Assembly: GCA_038061995.1 (NCBI GenBank)
Contig: JBBTYA010000002.1
Location: 83,282 to 147,281 of the forward strand
Reading direction: 5' to 3'
Length of the DNA: 64,000 nucleotides
From: Patescibacteria group bacterium
Lineage (GTDB): Bacteria > Patescibacteriota > Minisyncoccia > 2-02-FULL-40-12 > GWA2-44-9
The stretch's first letter is position 1; each line of letters opens with the position of its first letter. A model generated the notes under the pieces. The model ran no database searches. It was given only the letters and a program-made list of their open reading frames with translations, and was not told the origin of the DNA. This document shows positions 28,348-37,639 of this stretch, one piece after another. Made by a program: the position numbers and the translations under genes.

Positions 28348-29703
28348 TTATACCGTGCAGAGCGAGAGCGCATGATCAATACGACGCAGTGTAGCATCGT
28401 GGCCAATAACGCTGGCAATATCAGCGGGATCTGGAGATTTTTCCATTCCAGATAACGCAACACGTACAGGCCAAAAGACTGGCCCGCGCCCGCCAAACTC
28501 ACTTGCGACACTCTCGAGAGCCGCTCGAATAGAGGTAGCGTCAAAGACGGCTAGCGGACTGAGCACATCATGAGCGCGTGACAATGCTTTTTGGGCATCA
28601 GCAAGAGGAGCACCTTTCCACGAAAGGAGTGCGGCATCATATTGCGGGTCTTCCCAGAAGAAGCGGAAGAGCTGGACATCGCGCAGGCGATCGAGACGAT
28701 CGCTCACAAACGGAAATGCCGCGTCTGGCATATCGGGAATATTCGCCAACGTGCGCAATTGATCCGGGGTAAGCTTGCGAATGTATTGTGCGTTCATCCA
28801 ATGTAGTTTTGCTTGATCAAATACTGCACCACTCTGATGCACGCGTGAGAGCTCGAATACTTTTGCCATCTCTTCTTTTGAAAGTAATTCCGCATCGTAG
28901 GTATACCCGAGAGAACCAATAAAGTTTACAAGCGCTTCAGCAAGAAAGTCTTCTTTATATTCCATAATGGACGTTGCTCCATCACGCTTCGACATTTTTG
29001 ATCGATCAGTGCCTAAGATAAGCGACACATGCGCAAAAAGTGGCTGCGTAACGCCGAGTGCTTCCGCAATGAGCATCTGCTTTGGTGTATTGGAAATATG
29101 ATCTTCACCACGAATCACGTGGGAGATACGCATATCGGCATCATCAACAACCACCGCGAAGTTGTAGAGGGGTTCATGAATATTTTTTGCAATCGCCATG
29201 TCACCTAGCAATAAGGCATCGGAAGTAATGTCCCCACGGATAACATCGGGAAATGTGAGCGGACGAGATTCTGTAACGCCAACGAGGCGAATCACCTGAC
29301 CTGGCTCTTTGCCTTTTGCTTCATGCTTATGCGCGCATACATGTACGAGCGCTTCCTTCTTCTCTGTTTGCCGTGCCCGCTCGGCGTCTAGCTCCTCTTT
29401 CGTATGATGACACCAAAAAGCCTTCCCTTCAGCGAGGAGTCTCTCTAGATGAGCGGTGTATATGTGCCTTCTCTCTGATTGGCGAACAATTGCTTCGTCG
29501 GGCGTGAGGCCAAGCCACGCAAGACCTTTGAGAATGTCTTCCTCAAACGCCTTCGTGGAGCGTTCTGTGTCTGTATCTTCGATACGTATGAGAAATGCGC
29601 CTCCTGTGTGACGGGCAAAGAGCCAATTAAAAAGCGCCGTACGTGCGGTTCCGATATGCAAAAGACCCGTCGGTGAGGGCGCGATACGAACGCGAATATC
29701 CAT
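28348..29703 (-). CDS. gltX: glutamyl-tRNA synthetase
   Basis: Class I HIGH (PSPTGLLHIGTAR) and KMSKR motifs. Confidence 0.95.
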   Translation of the reverse strand: MDIRVRIAPSPTGLLHIGTARTALFNWLFARHTGGAFLIRIEDTDTERSTKAFEEDILKGLAWLGLTPDEAIVRQSERRHIYTAHLERLLAEGKAFWCHHTKEELDAERARQTEKKEALVHVCAHKHEAKGKEPGQVIRLVGVTESRPLTFPDVIRGDITSDALLLGDMAIAKNIHEPLYNFAVVVDDADMRISHVIRGEDHISNTPKQMLIAEALGVTQPLFAHVSLILGTDRSKMSKRDGATSIMEYKEDFLAEALVNFIGSLGYTYDAELLSKEEMAKVFELSRVHQSGAVFDQAKLHWMNAQYIRKLTPDQLRTLANIPDMPDAAFPFVSDRLDRLRDVQLFRFFWEDPQYDAALLSWKGAPLADAQKALSRAHDVLSPLAVFDATSIRAALESVASEFGGRGPVFWPVRVALSGMEKSPDPADIASVIGHDATLRRIDHALSLCTV

Positions 29704-29780
29704 AGTGTTCAGTATACCGCATTCCCCTCTCCTGTGAAGCCATTGCGGGCCCCAATACGTGCGCTACACTAAGCAAAACA

Positions 29781-31640
29781 ATGGTTATCCTTACGGTTAT
29801 TCCTCTCACGCGTATCCCCATCCAGGCGCCCGAAACGCTCTCCTATTTTTCACCGACGCCAGTACCTCGCGGATCGCTCGTAAAAATCCCTCTCGCGCGA
29901 CGCACGGTCAATGGGATCGTACTTGCCGTACACACCCTCTCTGAATCGCGCCAGCGTATTCGATCTGGGTCATTTTCTCCCAAAAAAATCATATCAGCAT
30001 ATGACGCCAATTCTCTCGTTAGTGACGGGGCGATCGCAATGGCAAAGTGGGTTGCCCAAACGGCATGCATCTCTCTCGCAACAGCATGCACTCTCCTTTT
30101 CCCCGATCTCTCTCGAGCACGTCCACGCACCTCGCTTCTCCCAAGCCTTCCCGATGCACCGAAGGCTTCACGAACAAAAGAATACGTCACATCGCTCGCA
30201 GAAGAATATGGAGTGCTCCAGCATATATGTGCATCACTGCCGAAGGGAGCGCAGGCGTGTATTATCGTCCCCGACAGTGAGTGGATTCCAGCATATGCTC
30301 AAGCGCTCGCCGCGCACTCTCCCATAGCGCTCTCTCAAAACATGGGAGCGAAAGCTCTCACCAACGCCCGAACAGCGGTTGCTGATGGAACTGCGCGCGT
30401 ACTCATAGGAACACGAAGTGCGCTTCTAGCGCCATTCACTCGCTGTGCGCACATTATTATTATTGATCCGCGCCATATCGGTCATTGGAGTGAGGGGTCT
30501 CCCCGACTACACGCAACAGCATTTGCACAATGGCTTGCGACACAATGGGGTGCCACGTATAGCGTCATCACTCCTTTTCCACTACTACAAGCAAAAACAG
30601 AAAGTACACAAACCTTTCTTGATCGATCGCATGCGCTTCATATCGTTGATATGGGCGCAGAGCGTGCTGCTGGGCACCAAAACCTCTACGCACGAAGTAT
30701 CGAGGATATATACAGAGTAGATCCTCACGGGCATACTCTTGTGTTCGCTACACGAAAAGGGTTTGCATCACTCTACACGTGTCGGCTCTGTGGCGCCTAT
30801 GCCGCATGCACAAACTGCGCCATTCCAATGCGCATTACCCGTGCATCGGAGCCTCCACAGCTCATGTGTTATCGCTGTACGCAATCGCGCCCCGCACCGG
30901 ATCGTTGTCCACGCTGTCACAAGGTATCGCTCTATGCTACTGGTACTGCAGGTATAGAAAAAATTGCAGCGCTAAGTGCTTTTCTTGCACCAGACATTCC
31001 TCTTTTCACTCTCGATGACTCCACGGCACACCCAGAGAAAGTACTGGCGCAGTTTCGAGAAGCGCCCGATGCAATACTTGTTGCCACCGCAAAACTCTTT
31101 CGATGGAAACACGGCACAACATTTCGACGCATCATCGTTCCCTCTTTTGACACGCTGACGCATCGCCCAGATTTTGCGAATGACGAGCTGAGCGCTGCAA
31201 CCATTGCATCACTGCGCGCATGGGAACCAGAAAGTATGCATGTGCAAACCTATGCGCCACACCATCCAGCACTCACAGCGCAATATGACGTACGCCAGTG
31301 GGTTGAATCTGAATTTCAAGCACGGAGCGCAACGGGATATCCGCCTACATGGCACCTCGTTGCGCTTACCGTTCGGGGAGCTTCGCCCGCACACGTGCAA
31401 ACCCATGCTCGCACCTGCGCAGAACTCCTTGCGCAAGCGATTCAACACCACAAACTCCAAGAGCGTATTACAGTACGCACACCAGTACCAGCACTCATAT
31501 TTAGAGATCGCGCCCAAACGGTGGGCGTCATACTGATTCGCACGAAAGAGGCTCATGATTTTGCGCAGATCGCACCACACGTACCACAGCCGTGGCGCGT
31601 CATTGCAAATCCCCCCTCTCTGGATGAAGCGTTGCTGTAA
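29781..31640 (+). CDS. PriA-like primosomal protein with degenerate helicase motifs
   Basis: PriA N-terminal 3'BD-like region and the C-terminal Cys-rich Zn-binding region (CRLCG..CTNC..CYRC..CPRC). There is no GxGKT Walker A and the DEEH box is replaced by DPRH. Confidence 0.7.
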   Translation: MVILTVIPLTRIPIQAPETLSYFSPTPVPRGSLVKIPLARRTVNGIVLAVHTLSESRQRIRSGSFSPKKIISAYDANSLVSDGAIAMAKWVAQTACISLATACTLLFPDLSRARPRTSLLPSLPDAPKASRTKEYVTSLAEEYGVLQHICASLPKGAQACIIVPDSEWIPAYAQALAAHSPIALSQNMGAKALTNARTAVADGTARVLIGTRSALLAPFTRCAHIIIIDPRHIGHWSEGSPRLHATAFAQWLATQWGATYSVITPFPLLQAKTESTQTFLDRSHALHIVDMGAERAAGHQNLYARSIEDIYRVDPHGHTLVFATRKGFASLYTCRLCGAYAACTNCAIPMRITRASEPPQLMCYRCTQSRPAPDRCPRCHKVSLYATGTAGIEKIAALSAFLAPDIPLFTLDDSTAHPEKVLAQFREAPDAILVATAKLFRWKHGTTFRRIIVPSFDTLTHRPDFANDELSAATIASLRAWEPESMHVQTYAPHHPALTAQYDVRQWVESEFQARSATGYPPTWHLVALTVRGASPAHVQTHARTCAELLAQAIQHHKLQERITVRTPVPALIFRDRAQTVGVILIRTKEAHDFAQIAPHVPQPWRVIANPPSLDEALL

Positions 31641-31658
31641 GGCCCCACACTTGCTACT

Positions 31659-32141
31659 ATGGGCGCAATGGAAATCGTTACCATTCCACAAAAAATCCTC
31701 AAAGAACCTATGCCAGACGTCCCTGACGACTGGTTCGGTGGCGAACACCTTCTTTCACTCATCGCCGACATGCGCACCGCCATGCTTGCGGCAAGTGGCG
31801 TTGGCCTTGCGGCGAATCAAGTCGGACAACAACTCCGCCTCTTTGTGATTGACGCTGAGCTTGCTAAAGAACACGGCATCCCCGACGCATTCGCAAATCC
31901 AGAAATCACCGAGTACTCAAAAGACACTGACGTCTTAGAAGAGGGGTGCCTCTCTATCCCGGGCACGTATATACCCATCTTTAGAGCAAAGAAAGTTATG
32001 TTTAAAGGATACGACGCACAGGGAAAGAAATATAAATTTCGCGCACGAGGCTTTATCGCACGCGTCTTACAGCACGAAACAGATCACCTTAATGGCACCG
32101 TCATCGCTGACCGCGCAAAAGAGCAGAAAAAAGCACTATGA
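31659..32141 (+). CDS. def: peptide deformylase
   Basis: EGCLSIPG and HETDHLNG motifs. Confidence 0.9.
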   Translation: MGAMEIVTIPQKILKEPMPDVPDDWFGGEHLLSLIADMRTAMLAASGVGLAANQVGQQLRLFVIDAELAKEHGIPDAFANPEITEYSKDTDVLEEGCLSIPGTYIPIFRAKKVMFKGYDAQGKKYKFRARGFIARVLQHETDHLNGTVIADRAKEQKKAL

Positions 32142-33082
32142 GCTATCGTATTCTTTTTTGGGGGACTCCGTCATTTGCGGTGCCTACCCTTCAAAAACTC
32201 ATTGAGTCAAAGGGGTATGAAGTGTGTGGTGTCATCACGGCGCCACCAAAGCATCAAGGGCGCTCAAAGATACTCACACCGACACCCGTTGCTGAAATCG
32301 CTGAACTACACCAGATACCTATTCACACGCCAACAACACTCAAAACAGCAGAGGCAGAGAAACTCATTCGTTCTCTTGAGCCAGATGTGTGTGTGGTTGT
32401 CGCATATGGCAAAATCATCCCCGAAGTACTCCTCTCTATCCCCCGTCATGGATTTATTAATGCGCACCCATCGAAGCTCCCTCTCTATCGTGGCCCTGCA
32501 CCGATTCAATACGCTATAAAAGATGGCGTCACCCAAAGCGCAATAAGCATCATGCGTATTGATGCAGAAATGGATCATGGCCCCGTTCTCTTACAGGAAC
32601 CGTTTTCCATAGCGCCGGACGAGTATTTCCCAGAAGTACTCCAGCGCGCAGCGCGAGAAAGTGCAGAGCTCATGCACGCGGCGCTGCTACAGCTTCAAGC
32701 AGGAACTGCGAAAGAAGCTCCCCAAGATCATGAGAAAGCGACCGCTACACACATCATCACACGAGAGACGGGACGCATCTCATGGGAACAATCAAGCGAT
32801 GCGCTCTATAACCATATCCGCGCGTTCGCTTCCGAGCCTGGAGCATGGACACTCTGGAACAACGAAGAGGTGCGTATTCATCGCGCGCACTCACTCCCCA
32901 TCCTCACGGGGAAAGGCGCTCCCGGCACCGTATATGCATATCAAGAGGGCTCATTCTTGGTCACCTGCGGCTCTGGCGTACTTGCGGTCGATACATTACA
33001 ACGTCCCGGCGGCACGCCCCTTCCTGCAACACTCTTTTTCAATGGGAATAAGAGCTTCTTCTCCGATGTCTTGGTATCTTGA
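32138..33082 (+). CDS. fmt: methionyl-tRNA formyltransferase
   Basis: Fmt N- and C-domain homology. ATGA overlap with def. Confidence 0.9.
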   Translation: MSYRILFWGTPSFAVPTLQKLIESKGYEVCGVITAPPKHQGRSKILTPTPVAEIAELHQIPIHTPTTLKTAEAEKLIRSLEPDVCVVVAYGKIIPEVLLSIPRHGFINAHPSKLPLYRGPAPIQYAIKDGVTQSAISIMRIDAEMDHGPVLLQEPFSIAPDEYFPEVLQRAARESAELMHAALLQLQAGTAKEAPQDHEKATATHIITRETGRISWEQSSDALYNHIRAFASEPGAWTLWNNEEVRIHRAHSLPILTGKGAPGTVYAYQEGSFLVTCGSGVLAVDTLQRPGGTPLPATLFFNGNKSFFSDVLVS

Positions 33083-33134
33083 AAGAGGCGCTGAGATGTA
33101 GTACAATCGTCCGGCACAATAACTTACTGTACTT

Positions 33135-33707
33135 ATGTCACTTGGAGTAAACGACCTAAAACCGAAGATGTATTTCATTTACGAGGACCAGCCATATATG
33201 GTTCTCGAAACTCACCACCTTAAGATGCAACAGCGCCGCCCGGTGGTGCAAACTCGCATGCGCAACATCATCAACGGCAAAGTGCTCGAGCGTAACTTTG
33301 CGCAATCTGATGTATTTGAAGAAGCAGACGTACAGCGCAAGAAAGTGAAGTTTCTCTACAATCACCGCGATCAGTACTGGTTCACCGAAGAGACCAACGC
33401 TTCCCAGCGTTTTCAGCTCGCGCAAGAGATTATCGGCGCTGGCGTGCAATTCCTCAAAGCAAACACGACACTCGACGCTCTTATGTTTAACAGTGAGATC
33501 ATCAACGTAGAACTCCCCGTCAAAATGGACTTCACTGTTGTTGAGGCTCCTCCAGCAATCCGTGGCGATACGGCACAAGGCGGCGTAAAGCAAGTGAAAA
33601 TCGACACTGGCGCGATGATTAACGCCCCGCTCTTTATTGAAGAGGGTGATATCATCCGCGTAAACACTGAAACCGGTCAGTATGCTGAGCGCATGGGAAA
33701 GAAATAA
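33135..33707 (+). CDS. efp: elongation factor P
   Basis: Full-length family match. Confidence 0.95.
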   Translation: MSLGVNDLKPKMYFIYEDQPYMVLETHHLKMQQRRPVVQTRMRNIINGKVLERNFAQSDVFEEADVQRKKVKFLYNHRDQYWFTEETNASQRFQLAQEIIGAGVQFLKANTTLDALMFNSEIINVELPVKMDFTVVEAPPAIRGDTAQGGVKQVKIDTGAMINAPLFIEEGDIIRVNTETGQYAERMGKK

Positions 33708-33733
33708 TCTTCCCCATCAAGAGAATTGTGAAA

Positions 33734-33765
33734 ACAGAGCCCCTCGCGGGCTCTGTACTTTTTCT
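33734..33765 (+). terminator. rho-independent terminator after efp
   Basis: ACAGAGCCC-ctcgc-GGGCTCTGT followed by a T-run. Confidence 0.55.
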
Positions 33766-33800
33766 ATAAAAATGATATAGTAATTCTAAGGAGGTGCCTC

Positions 33801-34067
33801 ATGCGAGGTTACTGGAAGCTTTGGAAATCGTTCCCGGACTGGAAGCGTAGCTGTTGGCTTGGGATGGCTGGTAGTGCGCTTATCGCACTCGTCGCTACTT
33901 ATCTCTTCCTCTCGATGGAGATCCGTAGCCCAAAAGACTACGACTACGTCGCCGTCATCTGCACTGGGCTCTTGGGGGCTCTCTACATCTTCATGGCGAG
34001 CTACGACGCGTTACTCACCAACGAGAGGGCGGAAAGGATGCTCCGAGGCAACAAGGAGGAGAAGTGA
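33801..34067 (+). CDS. small membrane protein (2 TM), hypothetical
   Basis: AAGGAGG SD. Coupled to the next ORF by a TGATG overlap. Confidence 0.5.
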   Translation: MRGYWKLWKSFPDWKRSCWLGMAGSALIALVATYLFLSMEIRSPKDYDYVAVICTGLLGALYIFMASYDALLTNERAERMLRGNKEEK

Positions 34068-34504
34068 TGCCAACAATCACATCGGAAGACATCGAGCGAG
34101 AGGACCGCAACGCAGAACAGCGGATGAGCTCGTCTTTGTGGGGTGGCCTCTTCACAGGAGCGACGGCGATGTTTGCTGCCGTTTTCCCATTGGATGTAGC
34201 GGCGAGTCTTTTCACCCACTACTACATGCCCCCAGAGCAGGCGCTTCTGCTACACGACATACTTCTCCCGGTCGCTTCTCTAGCATTAACCGCAGCACTT
34301 TGGCTCGCTTATGCCATCGCTTCGCCGCTACGAGTGGTTGCTCGTAAGGTGACCATGTGGGCATGCCTGAAGCGCTGGGGCGGGATGGAGCAAGACACGT
34401 TCGAAGCGGCTTACTGGGTGGGGGCTAGTGTCGCTTGTGGAGCTTCAATGCTTCTCGTCGTTACAGCGCACGTCCCTCTACTCACCCTCCAATTCTTGCG
34501 CTAG
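34064..34504 (+). CDS. membrane protein, hypothetical
   Basis: Three to four hydrophobic helices. Translationally coupled to 33801..34067. Confidence 0.5.
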   Translation: MMPTITSEDIEREDRNAEQRMSSSLWGGLFTGATAMFAAVFPLDVAASLFTHYYMPPEQALLLHDILLPVASLALTAALWLAYAIASPLRVVARKVTMWACLKRWGGMEQDTFEAAYWVGASVACGASMLLVVTAHVPLLTLQFLR

Positions 34505-34528
34505 AACCACATTCCTAACGCATGAAAA

Positions 34529-34559
34529 GACCCACCAACATAACGGTGGGTTTTGTTTT
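34529..34559. terminator. bidirectional terminator hairpin
   Basis: GACCCACC-aacataac-GGTGGGTT followed by TTTGTTTT. Confidence 0.5.
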
Positions 34560-35109
34560 ATTTATGCCCGTGGACGAATGGCATAATACCGAGTGGTAAG
34601 AGTGCCCAGATAAAAAATGCTTCTGGTGTTCCAAAATACGGATGGAGAGCCGCGATGTGATCGGGCAACGCAGTAAATGGCACGAACCAGAGAAGGATGC
34701 TCAAAAGAAAGCCTACTTGTGCAACGCTTATAAGTAACACGTGTGCGAGCTTCATCTCACCCATAGATAACCGTGAACGTAATGATGTTCCTTGAAATAC
34801 AAAAAAAGTGCCGATATATGCAAGGAGAAAGAGCCCCGCACGTACCACGCCTGCATCTGTTGCCGCAACCCATGGAATACGCTCCAGTGTGCCCACGAAA
34901 GGAAACGCAGATGCCAGAGTAAACGCGATATAAATACTTAACAGCGAAACAATGGCACGCGTTTTTCCTACACTCATGCCGTACAGCGCAATGAGCGCCA
35001 CAAGTGCAATACCAAAAAGTTCTTGTGGGCCAGTGAGTGACTGAATATTGGCACCGATGTGCGAGAGATCAAACCGATCGAATACATCCATACGGGTGCA
35101 GTGTAGCAC
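34558..35109 (-). CDS. polytopic membrane protein (CvpA-like), hypothetical
   Basis: Four to five TM helices. Weak resemblance to the colicin V production protein family. Confidence 0.45.
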   Translation of the reverse strand: MLHCTRMDVFDRFDLSHIGANIQSLTGPQELFGIALVALIALYGMSVGKTRAIVSLLSIYIAFTLASAFPFVGTLERIPWVAATDAGVVRAGLFLLAYIGTFFVFQGTSLRSRLSMGEMKLAHVLLISVAQVGFLLSILLWFVPFTALPDHIAALHPYFGTPEAFFIWALLPLGIMPFVHGHK

Positions 35110-35126
35110 GCCATATGCTTCTTTGT

Positions 35127-35933
35127 TTAGCGCTTGAGGGTGATAACTACATTACCGTGCGGTGCGCCCCGTGAACCGGCGTGGCCAAAACCAGGAAGCG
35201 CAATAGCGTACTCCCCCTCCAGTTTTTCTGGAATGTGAATCGCGACGGTTTTCTTTCCTCGCGTGCGGCCATCTCCAGCGCATGATTCACATTTCTTTTC
35301 TGGTGTTTCACCTTGCCCTTCGCATGCATTACACACACCCGTTTGTGCAAACACGCCAAAAGGAGTACGCACCTGTTGGCGCACCTGGCCTGAACCTTTA
35401 CACGTATCACACGACTTCATTTTTGATCCCGGTTGTATGCCGCTCGTATGACAGATATCACATGAAATAAATCCTTCAAAAGAGAACGTGCGCGTTTTAC
35501 CAAGATCTTTCTTTTCTACCTGTACTTGGAAATACATATCCTCTCCTTTTTGTGGACCGCGCGGTGCGCCACCAAAGCCACCGGCTCCCGAGAACATGCT
35601 AAAAATATCCTCAAATCCAAAACCTGATTGCTGTTGCTGACCCCCACCGCCACCGAAGAAATCCCAGAAGTTTGTGCCATCAAAACCAGCATGACCACCG
35701 CCTTGTTGCCCGCCTCCATATGATCCCTGCCCCGCAAAGCCAAAACGGTCATACTGAGCTCGCTTCTCTGTGTCAGAGAGCACTTGGTATGCCTCGTTTA
35801 CTTCTTTAAATTTTTCCGCGTCTCCCCCCTTTTTATCAGGGTGTAGTTTGTGCGCCAAAGCACGAAATGCTTTTTTGATTTCGTCAGCTGACGCAGAGCG
35901 TGAAACGCCTAAAATGCTATAGGGATCTTTCAT
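35127..35933 (-). CDS. dnaJ: DnaJ-like chaperone (J domain, G/F region and four CxxCxGxG zinc fingers; short C-terminus)
   Basis: J-domain HPD motif (KLHPDKK) and four CxxCxGxG repeats. Only 268 aa. Confidence 0.85.
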   Translation of the reverse strand: MKDPYSILGVSRSASADEIKKAFRALAHKLHPDKKGGDAEKFKEVNEAYQVLSDTEKRAQYDRFGFAGQGSYGGGQQGGGHAGFDGTNFWDFFGGGGGQQQQSGFGFEDIFSMFSGAGGFGGAPRGPQKGEDMYFQVQVEKKDLGKTRTFSFEGFISCDICHTSGIQPGSKMKSCDTCKGSGQVRQQVRTPFGVFAQTGVCNACEGQGETPEKKCESCAGDGRTRGKKTVAIHIPEKLEGEYAIALPGFGHAGSRGAPHGNVVITLKR

Positions 35934-35986
35934 AGTGGATAGATTATCCTTGTGGGAATACGGGGATCAGACATATACTATAGGGT

Positions 35987-36460
35987 ATGGATCATACGCT
36001 TCGCAAGACACTAATCGCACTCGGGGGAACTCTCGCTGTTGTTGCCGCAGGATGGTGGCTTCAAGACCAACCATTTTTTGTACAGATCTTCCGCGGCTTT
36101 GGTTCGCAGAGTCCGGTTGATATTTCGCAGGCGCCACCACAGACATTCTGCCTCCCTGCCACAGCAACTATTACCACTGGTGAAAACATTGCCCTTACTG
36201 CATCGGGTGGAAATCCGAACCTCTACGCGTGGCGCGCGCCACAGGGTACACCAGCAACAGGCAGTGGCGCCTCGTTTACCGTTCAGTTCGCAAGCCCTGG
36301 CCTCTACCCCGTTGTCCTCATCTCGGGTAGTCCCAGTGACCCTGTCGTTCCAGCACGCACTGATCGTTGTGATATTACTGTCCTTGGCAACGTATCGGAC
36401 CCCATTCCAACACCATCGCTATCTCCTTCACCCGAAGTCTCTCCAACGCCAACGCCCTAA
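35987..36460 (+). CDS. secreted hypothetical protein with an Ig/PKD-like region and a Pro/Ser/Thr tail
   Basis: Signal/TM at the N-terminus and a PTPSLSPSPEVSPTPTP tail. Confidence 0.5.
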   Translation: MDHTLRKTLIALGGTLAVVAAGWWLQDQPFFVQIFRGFGSQSPVDISQAPPQTFCLPATATITTGENIALTASGGNPNLYAWRAPQGTPATGSGASFTVQFASPGLYPVVLISGSPSDPVVPARTDRCDITVLGNVSDPIPTPSLSPSPEVSPTPTP

Positions 36461-37236
36461 CGTAAGGCGTACTTTTGTCTCTCCACCGTTTCAGTACGCA
36501 GCTCAACAACATGCATTTTCTGCATGAGCCAGAGCATTCCTGAACCAATAAGTGTACCGAGGAATGAGAAGATTGGCTTAATGCTCACCAAGACGGCAAA
36601 GAGCGTGAGCGTCAGTACAATCGGAATATATTTTGCAAAGGGCGCTGAGAGTGCGTTAATTGTAGAGATAGTCTGCTCTGCAATCTGCTCCTCAACTGCT
36701 TTTCTCTGAAAGAATGGGAGTCGTTCGAGTTCACTTCCCACAACAGCGCTCACCATTTTTTGAATCATACCTACTGCGCTATCCGGGACGATGCCATTTC
36801 CTGCGCGATCCTGAACCGCGGGAGCCATAAGATACGCAAGCGATGCGGCAACGAAAAGTGCGGTCACAATTTTCCCCATACCACGACCGTGATCCGCATG
36901 GATGCTGATGTCGCGAGCACCCAGCGTGAGCAAGAGGAGCGATGCAACCATTGCTCCGGCATATACAAGACTTACGGGCAGCACCATCACAAGCGGCGCA
37001 AGCACCGCACATGACACTCCTAAGCGCCATCGCCAATCCGCGACAAGAAGATAAGCAACGCCTGCGGTTGCTGCGAGCACAACCGCAACCGCCAACACCG
37101 GCGCCCACATGAAAGGATCAGAAAGCGTTTGCGCATTAGGGCCAAGCCACGTTCGGGCCGTACCCCAAAGCGCAGACGCAACAAAAAGTACCAACACTAC
37201 CAATCCCCACTCTTTTCGTATATCCACAGTTTCCAT
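36457..37236 (-). CDS. polytopic membrane protein, hypothetical
   Basis: Six or more hydrophobic segments. Confidence 0.55.
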   Translation of the reverse strand: METVDIRKEWGLVVLVLFVASALWGTARTWLGPNAQTLSDPFMWAPVLAVAVVLAATAGVAYLLVADWRWRLGVSCAVLAPLVMVLPVSLVYAGAMVASLLLLTLGARDISIHADHGRGMGKIVTALFVAASLAYLMAPAVQDRAGNGIVPDSAVGMIQKMVSAVVGSELERLPFFQRKAVEEQIAEQTISTINALSAPFAKYIPIVLTLTLFAVLVSIKPIFSFLGTLIGSGMLWLMQKMHVVELRTETVERQKYALR

Positions 37237-37284
37237 AGTGCATTATTCTACCACGGAATTACTATACTCACAGAGGAGGTGCGG

Positions 37285-37587
37285 ATGCCCGAAGGCCCGC
37301 AACGAAGGAAGCTTGCGTGTGGCTGGTGTCACGTCTGTCACAAGCGACGATACCGCGGCCGAGAAGCGGCGTGGGTCGTTGCGCGGTGGCGTGATGGTGA
37401 TCCCAACCGATCCGACGGCGGCAGGATCCACGCTTACTTTGATCCGAAGTGCCGGTCGTGGCACATCGGACACATCGTAGCCGGTGGTCAGCCTGCTCGC
37501 TCGCAAGAGTCGAAGAATCCCCGTCCCCCGCTCGTGAAGCGCCCGCACTCCGGTCGCCCCGTGCGCCAGAGCTCGCGCTTCTACTGA
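37285..37587 (+). CDS. small basic Cys/His-rich hypothetical protein (100 aa)
   Basis: GAGGAGG SD 5 nt upstream of the ATG and a perfect palindromic terminator downstream. It competes with antisense ORF 37243..37590. Confidence 0.35.
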   Translation: MPEGPQRRKLACGWCHVCHKRRYRGREAAWVVARWRDGDPNRSDGGRIHAYFDPKCRSWHIGHIVAGGQPARSQESKNPRPPLVKRPHSGRPVRQSSRFY

Positions 37588-37600
37588 CACCTCTCTCTTC

Positions 37601-37636
37601 CCCCGACAGGAATTTCCTGTCGGGGTCTTCTCTTTA
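37601..37636 (+). terminator. perfect palindrome terminator
   Basis: CCCCGACAGGAATTTCCTGTCGGGG followed by a T-rich stretch. Confidence 0.45.
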
Positions 37637-37639
37637 TAA

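Noticed and set aside
37243-37590. 115-aa minus-strand ORF overlapping the small basic plus-strand ORF.
   Set aside because: It has no SD or terminator support. The plus-strand frame has GAGGAGG and the palindromic terminator. Both frames remain low confidence.
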